A stretch of DNA of 64,000 nucleotides from an uncultured Acidobacteriota bacterium. Lineage in GTDB: Bacteria > Acidobacteriota > Thermoanaerobaculia > Gp7-AA8. Positions within the stretch are counted from its first letter, which is position 1. Each line of letters begins with the position of its first letter. Below, piece by piece: positions 37,086 through 45,182 of this stretch. The stretch spans positions 288,001 through 352,000 of the forward strand of contig CAWGHO010000001.1 of NCBI GenBank assembly GCA_963822445.1, read 5' to 3'. Below the pieces are notes generated by a model. It was not told the DNA's origin, did not search any database, and worked only from the letters and a program-made list of their open reading frames with translations. Position numbers and translations under genes: made by a program.

Positions 37086-38267
37086 TTATCCAGTTCGCAT
37101 GCGCATCGCGATCACCAGCGCGAGGATCATCAGCACCGCACCGCCGTAAAACGCGCCGGCCGCCTGCGCCCAGTCGTACAGAAATCCGGCGAGAATCGGA
37201 CCGACGAATCGGGCCAGCGATCCGACGGACGTGGCCAGGCCGAGCATGCTTCCCCGCTCCGCTTCCGGCGCCGCTTTCGACACGAGCGAGATCAGCGCGG
37301 GATAGCAGAGCCCCTGGCCGACGCCGATGAAGAATCCGGCCGCGTAAAGCAGCGGAACGGAATGGATCGACGGCACGGCGAGGAAGCCGATCGCGAACGA
37401 CACCGCGCCGGTGACGATCACGCCTTTCTCGCCGAGCTTCTTCACGATACGGCCGAGGAGACCGCCCTGGATCGTGGCCACGATCACGCCGATGAAAAGA
37501 AACATGTACGCCATGTCGAGCTGCTGGAAGTTGAAGCGGTCGCGCCCATGCAGCGTGACGCTGATCTCCATTCCGGCAACGGCGAGCAGCGTCAGAAACA
37601 GGCCCGCCAGCAGCGGCGCGAGGATGGGATTGCTGATCATTTCCCGCCACAGCCGCGGATCGAATTGCGGCGGCAGTCCGGATCGCGGAACGAGATCGCG
37701 CGGCTTGGATTCGGCAAGGACGCTCAGCCCGATCAGAAACGCGGTGAACGACATCCCCGCCGCGACGAGACCAGGCAGCAGGTTTCCGGCAAGGCCATTC
37801 TTCGTCCCGATCGAGGAGAGGATGCCGCTCATCGGCGGGCCGAGAATGAAACCGAGGCCGAACGCCGCGCCGATCAGCCCCATCCCCTTCGCACGATTCT
37901 CCTCGGTCGTCGAATCAGCGATGTAGGCCTGGGCCGTGCCGATGTTCGCGCCGCCGATGCCGGCAATCACGCGCGACGCGAAGAGCACGGTCAGGCTCCG
38001 CGTGAAGGCGAACAGGAGGTAACCGGTGAAACTCGCGGTGAGGCTGATCAACAACACCGGCCGGCGGCCGACGCGATCGGACAGCCTCCCCCACACCGGC
38101 GCGAAGAAGAACTGCATGATCGAGTAGACGCCCACCACCGCCCCGACGGCGATGCCGCTCGCGCCGTACTCGCGGGCGTAGTACGAGAGGAACGGGATCA
38201 CCATTCCGAACCCGATCAGATCGATGAAGACGGTCAGGAAGAGGACGAAGAGGGAGGCGCGGCGCAT
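37086..38267 (-). CDS. MFS transporter (TetA/DHA1 family)
   Basis: DLIGFGMVIP, GRLSDRVGRRPVL, GFILGP; 12 TMs. Confidence 0.92.
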   Translation of the reverse strand: MRRASLFVLFLTVFIDLIGFGMVIPFLSYYAREYGASGIAVGAVVGVYSIMQFFFAPVWGRLSDRVGRRPVLLISLTASFTGYLLFAFTRSLTVLFASRVIAGIGGANIGTAQAYIADSTTEENRAKGMGLIGAAFGLGFILGPPMSGILSSIGTKNGLAGNLLPGLVAAGMSFTAFLIGLSVLAESKPRDLVPRSGLPPQFDPRLWREMISNPILAPLLAGLFLTLLAVAGMEISVTLHGRDRFNFQQLDMAYMFLFIGVIVATIQGGLLGRIVKKLGEKGVIVTGAVSFAIGFLAVPSIHSVPLLYAAGFFIGVGQGLCYPALISLVSKAAPEAERGSMLGLATSVGSLARFVGPILAGFLYDWAQAAGAFYGGAVLMILALVIAMRMRTG

Positions 38268-38268
38268 G

Positions 38269-38343
38269 AAAGGCTCAAAGGCTCAGAGGCTCAACGGCGC
38301 GGAGAAAGGCTTTGAGCCTTTGCGCCTTTGAGCCTTGAAGCCT
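38269..38343. repeat. Inverted tandem-octamer hairpin (AAGGCTCA units)
   Basis: aaggctca aaggctca gaggctca ... tgagcctt tgcgcctt tgagcctt; fills the whole intergenic gap. Confidence 0.8.
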
Positions 38344-39656
38344 CACTTGACGACGTGCCACTCCGTTTGTCTTCCAGCCAGATACCGCACGACTCGCCCA
38401 TCGAACACCGCCGACTGCTCGAGCTTGATCTGCACGAGCTGTCCGTCCCACTCCGGCACTGCGACCTTGACGTTGCCTTCGATCGCGTACGCGGTGTTGG
38501 GACTGAGCTTCCAGTCGCCGAGAACCGGCGTTGGGCCCTGGTTGTCCCACATGCCGATGGTCGGGCCGGCGGCGTGGCCGAAGAAGCCGAGGGGGTGGGT
38601 GTAGATGCTGGCGTTGATCTTCTCCTTCTCGGACGCCGTGCGCGCGAGGGCGAGGATCTCGTTGCCGGTGCGCCCGGAGACGAAGCCGCCCGTCAGCAGG
38701 TCCTGCCAGCGATTGCCTGTCGCCAGCGCCTTCTTCAACCCTGCCGGCACGTCGTCTTCGCCGAGGCGGAGGACGTAGCCCATTTCCTGCGTGTCGGTGT
38801 TGAGGCGGAGGTAGGTGATGCCTACATCCGTGTGCAGCACGTCGCCGCGCTGAATCACGCCGTCCTCGCCGCAGAACGATGTGGCCATCTCGCACTTCAG
38901 GCCGGGGCGCTGGATGTTGACGTAGGGCATGAACCAGATCGGCAGGCCGAGATCGGCGTAGCGCTGGCGGATGTACCAGGCCACGTCGTCGGTGGTGGTG
39001 ACGCCGGGCGTGATGACGTCCGCGGAGAACGCTTCCTTCACCACCGATCGGGCGAGAGCGACGATGCTCGGATAAACCTCGAGCTCGCGCGCGGTTCGCG
39101 TTTCCAGCCAGCGCACGACGAGGGTTTCCGCGCTGACCACGCGCTCGCGGAGCGGCGCGTCGAGCACGGACATCAGCCGCTCGTGCAATCCGTGAGTGAG
39201 GCCGTCGGCGAAGGGCCAGTTGCGGCTGACGTCGATGGCGATCTTCTTCGGATCGCGCTCGCGGATGATCTGGCCGAGACGGGTCCATTGGGCGTCGAGG
39301 TCGCCGCCTTCCCAGGCAGCGTCGTAGAAGCCGCGATGCGGATAGCGGCTGACGGTGAGCCGCTCCACGCCCTTCTCCGGACCGCGGTCGAAGAAGACCA
39401 GCATGGTCGTGCGGCGCGCGGCGAAGGTCGGCTCCGGAACGATGGTCAGGTAAACCGGATCCTCGGCATATTCGCGGTTGATGATCACCCACATGTCGAT
39501 CCCCGTCTCCCGCATCAGCTTCGGGAGGAGGTTGTCGAGGCGATCCTTCAGCATCGCGTTGACGGCGTCGGGACGGGCGCGCTCAGGAAGAACGGCGGGC
39601 GGTGCGGCGAGAAGAGGAAGGGTGAGTGTGGCGAGGAGGAAAAGGCGTCGCAGCAT
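38343..39656 (-). CDS. M24-family (Xaa-Pro) aminopeptidase, exported
   Basis: REYAEDPV, HTDVG..TDTQ, HPLGFFGHAAG, IE..LEQ metal ligands. Confidence 0.85.
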   Translation of the reverse strand: MLRRLFLLATLTLPLLAAPPAVLPERARPDAVNAMLKDRLDNLLPKLMRETGIDMWVIINREYAEDPVYLTIVPEPTFAARRTTMLVFFDRGPEKGVERLTVSRYPHRGFYDAAWEGGDLDAQWTRLGQIIRERDPKKIAIDVSRNWPFADGLTHGLHERLMSVLDAPLRERVVSAETLVVRWLETRTARELEVYPSIVALARSVVKEAFSADVITPGVTTTDDVAWYIRQRYADLGLPIWFMPYVNIQRPGLKCEMATSFCGEDGVIQRGDVLHTDVGITYLRLNTDTQEMGYVLRLGEDDVPAGLKKALATGNRWQDLLTGGFVSGRTGNEILALARTASEKEKINASIYTHPLGFFGHAAGPTIGMWDNQGPTPVLGDWKLSPNTAYAIEGNVKVAVPEWDGQLVQIKLEQSAVFDGRVVRYLAGRQTEWHVVK

Positions 39657-39671
39657 GGACGCGTATCGTAT

Positions 39672-39709
39672 TCGGGTTGTCGGGTTCTTGCCCCGACAAC
39701 CCGACAACC
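39672..39709. repeat. Short inverted tandem-octamer hairpin (CGGGTTGT units)
   Basis: tcgggttgtcgggtt ... ccgacaacccgacaacc. Confidence 0.6.
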
Positions 39710-39716
39710 TTCGGAC

Positions 39717-40352
39717 TTACGGCTTGACCTGAATGTTGCCCGCGCCCTGGGCCACGTCCTCCAGCGCATACGCGCCAACGGGGAAGCTGGCGCAGCTGAT
39801 GTCCGTGCTCGGATGCGACGGCACGCCGGGATCATCGTTGCGCTCGAAGTCCGTGGCGAGCCAGGTCAGCCCGACACCTGTGTCGACCGTGAGATCGGCA
39901 TCGGACGGCACCCAGCCCGACTCCTGGGCGCGGTAGAGACCCCAGGTGAAGCGGTCGATCGGCTTCTTCACGCCTTCGCCGCCATCTTCGACGGCGAGAA
40001 TCGCGCGGACGCCGACGAAGTTGGGAACCGATGATTCGGTGATCTCGCCGCTCATGACCGCCCGGCTTCCGGTGATGGTCAGGCAGTCGAATTCGACCGT
40101 CATCGACAGGTTGCTGACCAGGCCGCCCGGTCCGGAGTTACCGGTGCCGTCGACGTCCTGATCGGGGATTTCCTCGGCGCCGACGAAGGTCATGCTCCCC
40201 TTCGTCTGACCGTTGGAATCGATGCGGGCGTTGAACTGGATCGACTTGGCGAACCCGCCCGCGTTGAACTGAAAGTCGCCGTTGGCGGACGGACCGCTGT
40301 TCTGGGCGACCACTGGCAGGGCCAGCGCCAAAAGGATAAGTGCGCTCTTCAT
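39717..40352 (-). CDS. Secreted hypothetical protein
   Basis: Signal peptide MKSALILLALALPVVAQ, GGAG RBS, beta-rich sequence, ends GNIQVKP. Confidence 0.75.
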   Translation of the reverse strand: MKSALILLALALPVVAQNSGPSANGDFQFNAGGFAKSIQFNARIDSNGQTKGSMTFVGAEEIPDQDVDGTGNSGPGGLVSNLSMTVEFDCLTITGSRAVMSGEITESSVPNFVGVRAILAVEDGGEGVKKPIDRFTWGLYRAQESGWVPSDADLTVDTGVGLTWLATDFERNDDPGVPSHPSTDISCASFPVGAYALEDVAQGAGNIQVKP

Positions 40353-40462
40353 GCTTCAAACTCCTCGGCCTGATTGTTTGGGGGATCTGGAAGCAAACAC
40401 ATTAATACGGACATCTTCCCCGACGTGTGAGAAAAATCACATCGCGGTACCCTGCGGCGCAA

Positions 40463-41149
40463 ATGCGCTTGGTCCTTTTCGACATCGACGGCACGATCCT
40501 GACCGACCGGGGAGCGTCCCGGGACGCCTTCCGGGTCGCGCTGGAGGCCGTTTACGGCTACGACGGCGACCTTTCCCGCTACGATTTTTCCGGCCGCACC
40601 GATCCCCAGATCGCCCGGATGGTCCTGCGCGATCAAGGGCTTACGGATGATTCGATCGATGATCATCTCCCCCGCCTCTGGGAGATCTACCTGGAAGGCC
40701 TGGCCCGCAACGCGACGACCGAGCGGGTTCGCGTGCTCCCGGGCGTCCGCGAACTGGTGGCAGCCCTTCACGAGCATGAGGACGTCGTCCTTGGCCTACT
40801 GACCGGAAACATCGAGCCCGGCGCGCGGCTGAAGCTCGGAGGCGCGGAGATGAACGGCTACTTTGCCTTTGGAGCCTTTGGCAGCGACTCAGCGGATCGG
40901 ACCAAGCTCCCTCCGATCGCCGTGGAGCGTGCGTCGGAGCATTGCCACCATCAGTTCAGCGGCGCGGAGGTGGTGATCATCGGCGACTCGGTCTACGACG
41001 TCCGCTGCGGCGTGCCGTACGAAGCCACGACGATTGCCGTCGCATCGGGAAAGACAGCGCTGGAAACACTTCGCGCCGAGAACCCTCGGCACCTTTTCGA
41101 AAGTGCCGCGGACCTCGGCGCGTTGATGAATGCGATTCTGGGGAGCTAG
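40463..41149 (+). CDS. HAD-family hydrolase
   Basis: LFDIDGTIL, LLTGN, GAFGSD, IGDSVYDV. Confidence 0.92.
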   Translation: MRLVLFDIDGTILTDRGASRDAFRVALEAVYGYDGDLSRYDFSGRTDPQIARMVLRDQGLTDDSIDDHLPRLWEIYLEGLARNATTERVRVLPGVRELVAALHEHEDVVLGLLTGNIEPGARLKLGGAEMNGYFAFGAFGSDSADRTKLPPIAVERASEHCHHQFSGAEVVIIGDSVYDVRCGVPYEATTIAVASGKTALETLRAENPRHLFESAADLGALMNAILGS

Positions 41150-42000
41150 TCGTCGTCGCGGCGATGGCGCTCGGGGATGCTCACCTTGCCAGCCACGCGC
41201 GCGAAATCGATTCCGCCGCTGCCCTTGCTCGAGACGGTGAAGCGTCCGCCGACGTCGGCCACGTCGACTCCGCCGGAGCCGTCGTTGTCGACGAGCACGT
41301 CGCCGCGCACGTTCTGGACGGCGATCGAGCCCGAGCCGTCTTCGCGGATGCGCAGCGAACCGGTGACGCGCGCGACGGTGATCGAGCCGGAGTCGTCCTC
41401 GATCTCGATGTTGCCCTGAATGTTCTTCGCGATGATCTCGCCGGAGTCGTCTTCGATGACCACGTTGCCGGCCACGCCGTCGATGTCGATCGAGCCGGAA
41501 TCGTCATTGATGACCAGACCGCCGCTGATGTTGCGCACTTCGATGGAGCCGGAGTCGTCGTCGATCTTCGTGGCGCCGGTGTTGGCGACGTGAATCGAGC
41601 CGCTGTCGTCGTCGATCACGACCGGCATTCCGGTCGGGACGCTGACGCTGAAGTCGAGGCGTGCGCTGAAGAAGCCGAAGACCACCGACTTCTCGGGGAT
41701 GTCCGCGGTGATGTGCAGTTCGCCTCCCTGCCGGCGGGTGGTGAGGCTCATGCGGTCGAGGAAATCGCGCTCGGAGGTGCAGGCCGTGCCGGCCGCGACG
41801 AACTGGGTGAGACCGTTCGTGCCTTCGACTTTCAGTGAGCCCGACTCGGCGTGAACGACTACTTTCGTGACGCCCGCGAGCGGAGCGTTGACGCGGCGGG
41901 CCGCGGTGTACTGGCAGTCGTCCTGACCGAAGAGACCGCCCCCGGCGAAGGCGGTGGTTGCCACGAGCGTGGTCGCTGCTGCGATCGCTGCGAGTTTCAT
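41146..42000 (-). CDS. DUF4097 beta-strand repeat (adhesin-like) exported protein
   Basis: Signal peptide; repeated I-x-D-D-S-G-S-I units. Confidence 0.85.
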   Translation of the reverse strand: MKLAAIAAATTLVATTAFAGGGLFGQDDCQYTAARRVNAPLAGVTKVVVHAESGSLKVEGTNGLTQFVAAGTACTSERDFLDRMSLTTRRQGGELHITADIPEKSVVFGFFSARLDFSVSVPTGMPVVIDDDSGSIHVANTGATKIDDDSGSIEVRNISGGLVINDDSGSIDIDGVAGNVVIEDDSGEIIAKNIQGNIEIEDDSGSITVARVTGSLRIREDGSGSIAVQNVRGDVLVDNDGSGGVDVADVGGRFTVSSKGSGGIDFARVAGKVSIPERHRRDDD

Positions 42001-42179
42001 CGGATTCCCTCCATCTCGAGTACTGCTTACGGAACGTCGCGGGAGGGGTTTCAATTCGTTGCCGCTCGTTGCCGGCGAGGACGCCGGCGGTCCAGATGAG
42101 ATGAGAAGGCCAACCTCCCACGCAGTCGCAGGAATCTGCGCTGCAAGGAATGCGTCGAGCGCAAGAAAGGAGATTGGCC

Positions 42180-43286
42180 GTGAAAAAGTCTACCAGCGTC
42201 GTCACGTGTACGAGCATGCAGAGCAATATCCGTGAAGCCGAGGTGATCGGGATCGATCTTGGAGATCGCGCATCGCACTTCGTGGGTCTGAACAGAAGCG
42301 GCGAAGTAGTGGCCACAGGAAGGGCGACGACGACAGCGACGGCGATCGCCAACGAGTTCGGCGCGATCGGACCAAAGTTGATCGCCATCGAGACAGGTAC
42401 CCACTCTCCTTGGGTCTCGAGACTGCTCACGCAGTTGGGCCATCGCGTAGTCGTGGCCAACTCCCGAAAGCTTCGTCTGATCTACGAAAACCGCCGCAAG
42501 AACGACCGCGTTGACGCCGAGTACCTGGCACGGCTGGTGAGGATGGACCCGAAACTGCTCGAGCCGATCACGCATCGTTCCGAGCGCGACCAGCAGCATC
42601 TGGCACTTCTGCGTTCGCGCGACAAGCTGGTGCGGACTCGCACAGGTCTGATTACGCATGTTCGGGGCACGGTCAAGTCGATCGGTCTGCGGCTGCCGGC
42701 TTGCTCTGCAGAGGCGTTCGTAAGTCGGGCGATGCCTCTGATCCCGAAAGAGCTGAAAGCTGCTCTTGACCCTGTTCTTCGCAACGTCGAGCAGCTGAAC
42801 AAAGACATCGCCGGCTACGACCGCAAGATCGAGCAACTCGCCAGGACCGAGTACCCGGCCGCGAAGCTGCTCATGCAGATCACCGGTGTGGGACCCGTGA
42901 CGTCGGTGGCGTTCGTGGTCACGGTGGGCGACCCGGGCCGGTTCAGGAAAAGTCGCACGGCGGGAGCGTGGGTCGGTCTCACGCCGGGCCAATCCGCCTC
43001 GGGTCAGCAGGACCCCCAGATGAGGATCACCAAAGAAGGAGACAACTATCTGCGACGGCTACTGGTCAGTTGCGCGCAGTACATCCTCGGGCCGAATCGA
43101 CCAGACTCGGATCTGCGCCGGCACGGGTTGGCGCTGGCGGCGCGAGGCGGAAAGAACGCGAAGAAACGAGCCGTGGTCGCGGTCGCACGAAAACTCGCGG
43201 TGCTCATGCACAGGCTGTGGCGTACGGAAGGCGTGTACGAACCTCTGTTCAACGCCAACAGGAGTGCCGAGCACTCAGCAGCTTGA
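42180..43286 (+). CDS. IS110-family DEDD recombinase/transposase
   Basis: GIDLG, IETG, KNDRVDA, GVGP, GLTPGQSASG, ITKEG, AVARKL; AAGGAG RBS before GTG 42180. Confidence 0.96.
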   Translation: MKKSTSVVTCTSMQSNIREAEVIGIDLGDRASHFVGLNRSGEVVATGRATTTATAIANEFGAIGPKLIAIETGTHSPWVSRLLTQLGHRVVVANSRKLRLIYENRRKNDRVDAEYLARLVRMDPKLLEPITHRSERDQQHLALLRSRDKLVRTRTGLITHVRGTVKSIGLRLPACSAEAFVSRAMPLIPKELKAALDPVLRNVEQLNKDIAGYDRKIEQLARTEYPAAKLLMQITGVGPVTSVAFVVTVGDPGRFRKSRTAGAWVGLTPGQSASGQQDPQMRITKEGDNYLRRLLVSCAQYILGPNRPDSDLRRHGLALAARGGKNAKKRAVVAVARKLAVLMHRLWRTEGVYEPLFNANRSAEHSAA

Positions 43287-43532
43287 GAACCAGGTAGAAC
43301 CGATCAGCAAAGAAAGAAACTCGACTCGATCCCTCATCCGGGTGACTGCGAGCGGCGGCTTGGTCGGCAGCGATGCCAGACCGTGGACCAGATGGCAGCA
43401 CCCAGTTGAATCGGACCTCAGCATGCACCGAGCTCGATCGAGCTCACCAAGAGTGCGAATGGAAGCAAGGTCAGGACGAGCGGCGAGAGACAAAGGAGGG
43501 CGGCGCCACGTCGCCGCCCCTTGACAGGATCA
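43287..43532 (+). ncRNA. Bridge RNA/seekRNA-encoding region of the IS1111-type element
   Basis: Two stem-internal loop-hairpin modules whose loop sequences match the target flanks and the donor end; exact RNA ends unknown. Confidence 0.75.
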
Positions 43533-43609
43533 GGCCTTCTCATGGAAGCCGCCGCAGGTGATTCGCCACTTCACCGGCACGCCGGGAAAAGCGCCTAAGT
43601 GCCCTTGAT

Positions 43610-45154
43610 TCAGCGCCGCCAGCGGATCGTGGCGCCCTCTTTCGGGAAGGGCAGTTCCGTGGAAACAGTCCAACGATCGCCCGAGCGGCGCATGACCCGG
43701 ATCCGGCGATTCGCGTCGAGCGTCGCCGTCGGGACGCGAACGTCTGCCGGCAGCCGCACCCAGCCGGATGGCGTCCGCGTCCAGATCAACTCGTAGTTCG
43801 GCGTGACGAAGAAAAAGGCGTCGTCCTTTCCCGCCGGCCCGAGCGACCAGGAGAGCACGGAGTCGCGCAGGGTGAGCTCGACCGACAAGGGCATGTCCGC
43901 GACGGCATGAGCGCGCACGACGTCGTACTCCTGCCGCAATTCCGGCGGCGGCGGGATGCGGCCGATGACGAAGCCGGGAATCGAGGCGATGACTCGCGGC
44001 GGCTCTTCGCGTTTCACGGTTCGCCGCAGCCACTGCACGCCTTCGATGTACCAGCCATTCGCGTTGGTGAAGAGCGGATCGACGCTCGGCGGCGCGTTCC
44101 AGACGAACAGCCCCGCGCGTTGCCATGATGCGAGGTTCGCGCGAAACGTCTGGCCGTGCAGAACACCGCCGACGGCGAGGCCGATGCAAAGTGCGCCGAA
44201 GACGAGTTGCTCGATTCGCGTTCGTGCCCCGATCGCAGTCAGCACGACCAATACGGCCACGCCGGCGAAGAGATAGCGGCTGTCCAGCGGCGTGAGCCGC
44301 GCAATCGGCAGCAGCACGAACACGATCGCGGCAAAGACAATCAACACAGCACGCCAACGTTCGCGTATGAGTGCGGCGACGAACAGCGCGACGGCCAGCG
44401 TCAGCACACCCAGCGCCGCACGTCCACTGCTCCCCGCGATGACTGTCCATCCGGTGATCACGACATCGATCGGCGACCCGGTCGCGCTGCCGTACCCACC
44501 GAACGAACCGAGAATGGCGATCCGCCAGATTAGGTACGCAATCGCCGCGACACCGCACAACGCACCATCGCGGATCACCGCACGCCGATCGCGTTCCGTC
44601 ACGACGTCCTGAACGACGACGAGCAGCGGCAGCGGGACATAGACCTCTTTCGCCAGACAGGCGATGAAGTACAGCGCGACTCCGACAAGTGCCCGATCGC
44701 GCCGAAACGCAATCATCGCCAGCGCCGCGAGCAACAGGCCGAGCGCGTAGTGCCGGTCCATGATCAGCGTCGCCACGGTGAAGGCCGGCTGCGACAACGC
44801 CAACGCCCCCGCGCCGGCGGCCGCCATGAGCTCATTCGTGAACGTTCGCAGGTACCCGTACACCGCGAGGATCGCCGCCGCGAAAACGAGCAGGTGATGC
44901 GCGTAAAAACCGCGCGGATTGAGCCCGAACAGCGCCAGATCGAGCTCGTTCGCCAGCATGAGCATCGGCGTGAAGCTCGCCGTCGTCTGATGCCGCCACG
45001 CCTCCGCCGATATCAGATGATCGATCGCACGGGAGTGCATGACGCCGTAGAGCAGCTGCGGGTCGTCCCACAGCCACCACTGCGTCAGCACCGTTCCGTG
45101 CGCGACCGCGACGAGGATGACCAGCAGCCCGATCGCGACTGCATCGCGTTTCAT
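43610..45154 (-). CDS. GT-C-fold-like membrane glycosyltransferase (hypothetical)
   Basis: WWLWDDPQ acidic pair after TM1, FTPM, LAKEVYV; multiple TMs plus periplasmic tail. Confidence 0.7.
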   Translation of the reverse strand: MKRDAVAIGLLVILVAVAHGTVLTQWWLWDDPQLLYGVMHSRAIDHLISAEAWRHQTTASFTPMLMLANELDLALFGLNPRGFYAHHLLVFAAAILAVYGYLRTFTNELMAAAGAGALALSQPAFTVATLIMDRHYALGLLLAALAMIAFRRDRALVGVALYFIACLAKEVYVPLPLLVVVQDVVTERDRRAVIRDGALCGVAAIAYLIWRIAILGSFGGYGSATGSPIDVVITGWTVIAGSSGRAALGVLTLAVALFVAALIRERWRAVLIVFAAIVFVLLPIARLTPLDSRYLFAGVAVLVVLTAIGARTRIEQLVFGALCIGLAVGGVLHGQTFRANLASWQRAGLFVWNAPPSVDPLFTNANGWYIEGVQWLRRTVKREEPPRVIASIPGFVIGRIPPPPELRQEYDVVRAHAVADMPLSVELTLRDSVLSWSLGPAGKDDAFFFVTPNYELIWTRTPSGWVRLPADVRVPTATLDANRRIRVMRRSGDRWTVSTELPFPKEGATIRWRR

Positions 45155-45182
45155 AGAAGGCGGCCCGGAGGCCGCCCTCATC

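Larger units (their letters stand above)
42094..43548 (+). mobile_element. IS110-family, IS1111-type insertion sequence (complete)
   Basis: Perfect 11 bp subterminal IRs ATGAGAAGGCC (42101-42111) and GGCCTTCTCAT (43533-43543); AG core at both ends (42094-42095, 43547-43548); long 3' non-coding region; TTGACA at 43521. Confidence 0.9.

Noticed and set aside
43521-43548. Complete circle-junction promoter of the IS
   Set aside because: TTGACA is present, but the reconstructed junction gives no convincing -10 hexamer, so no promoter feature is called.
43264-43561. Small ORFs downstream of the IS110 recombinase
   Set aside because: They coincide with the structured guide-RNA region and the right end of the element.
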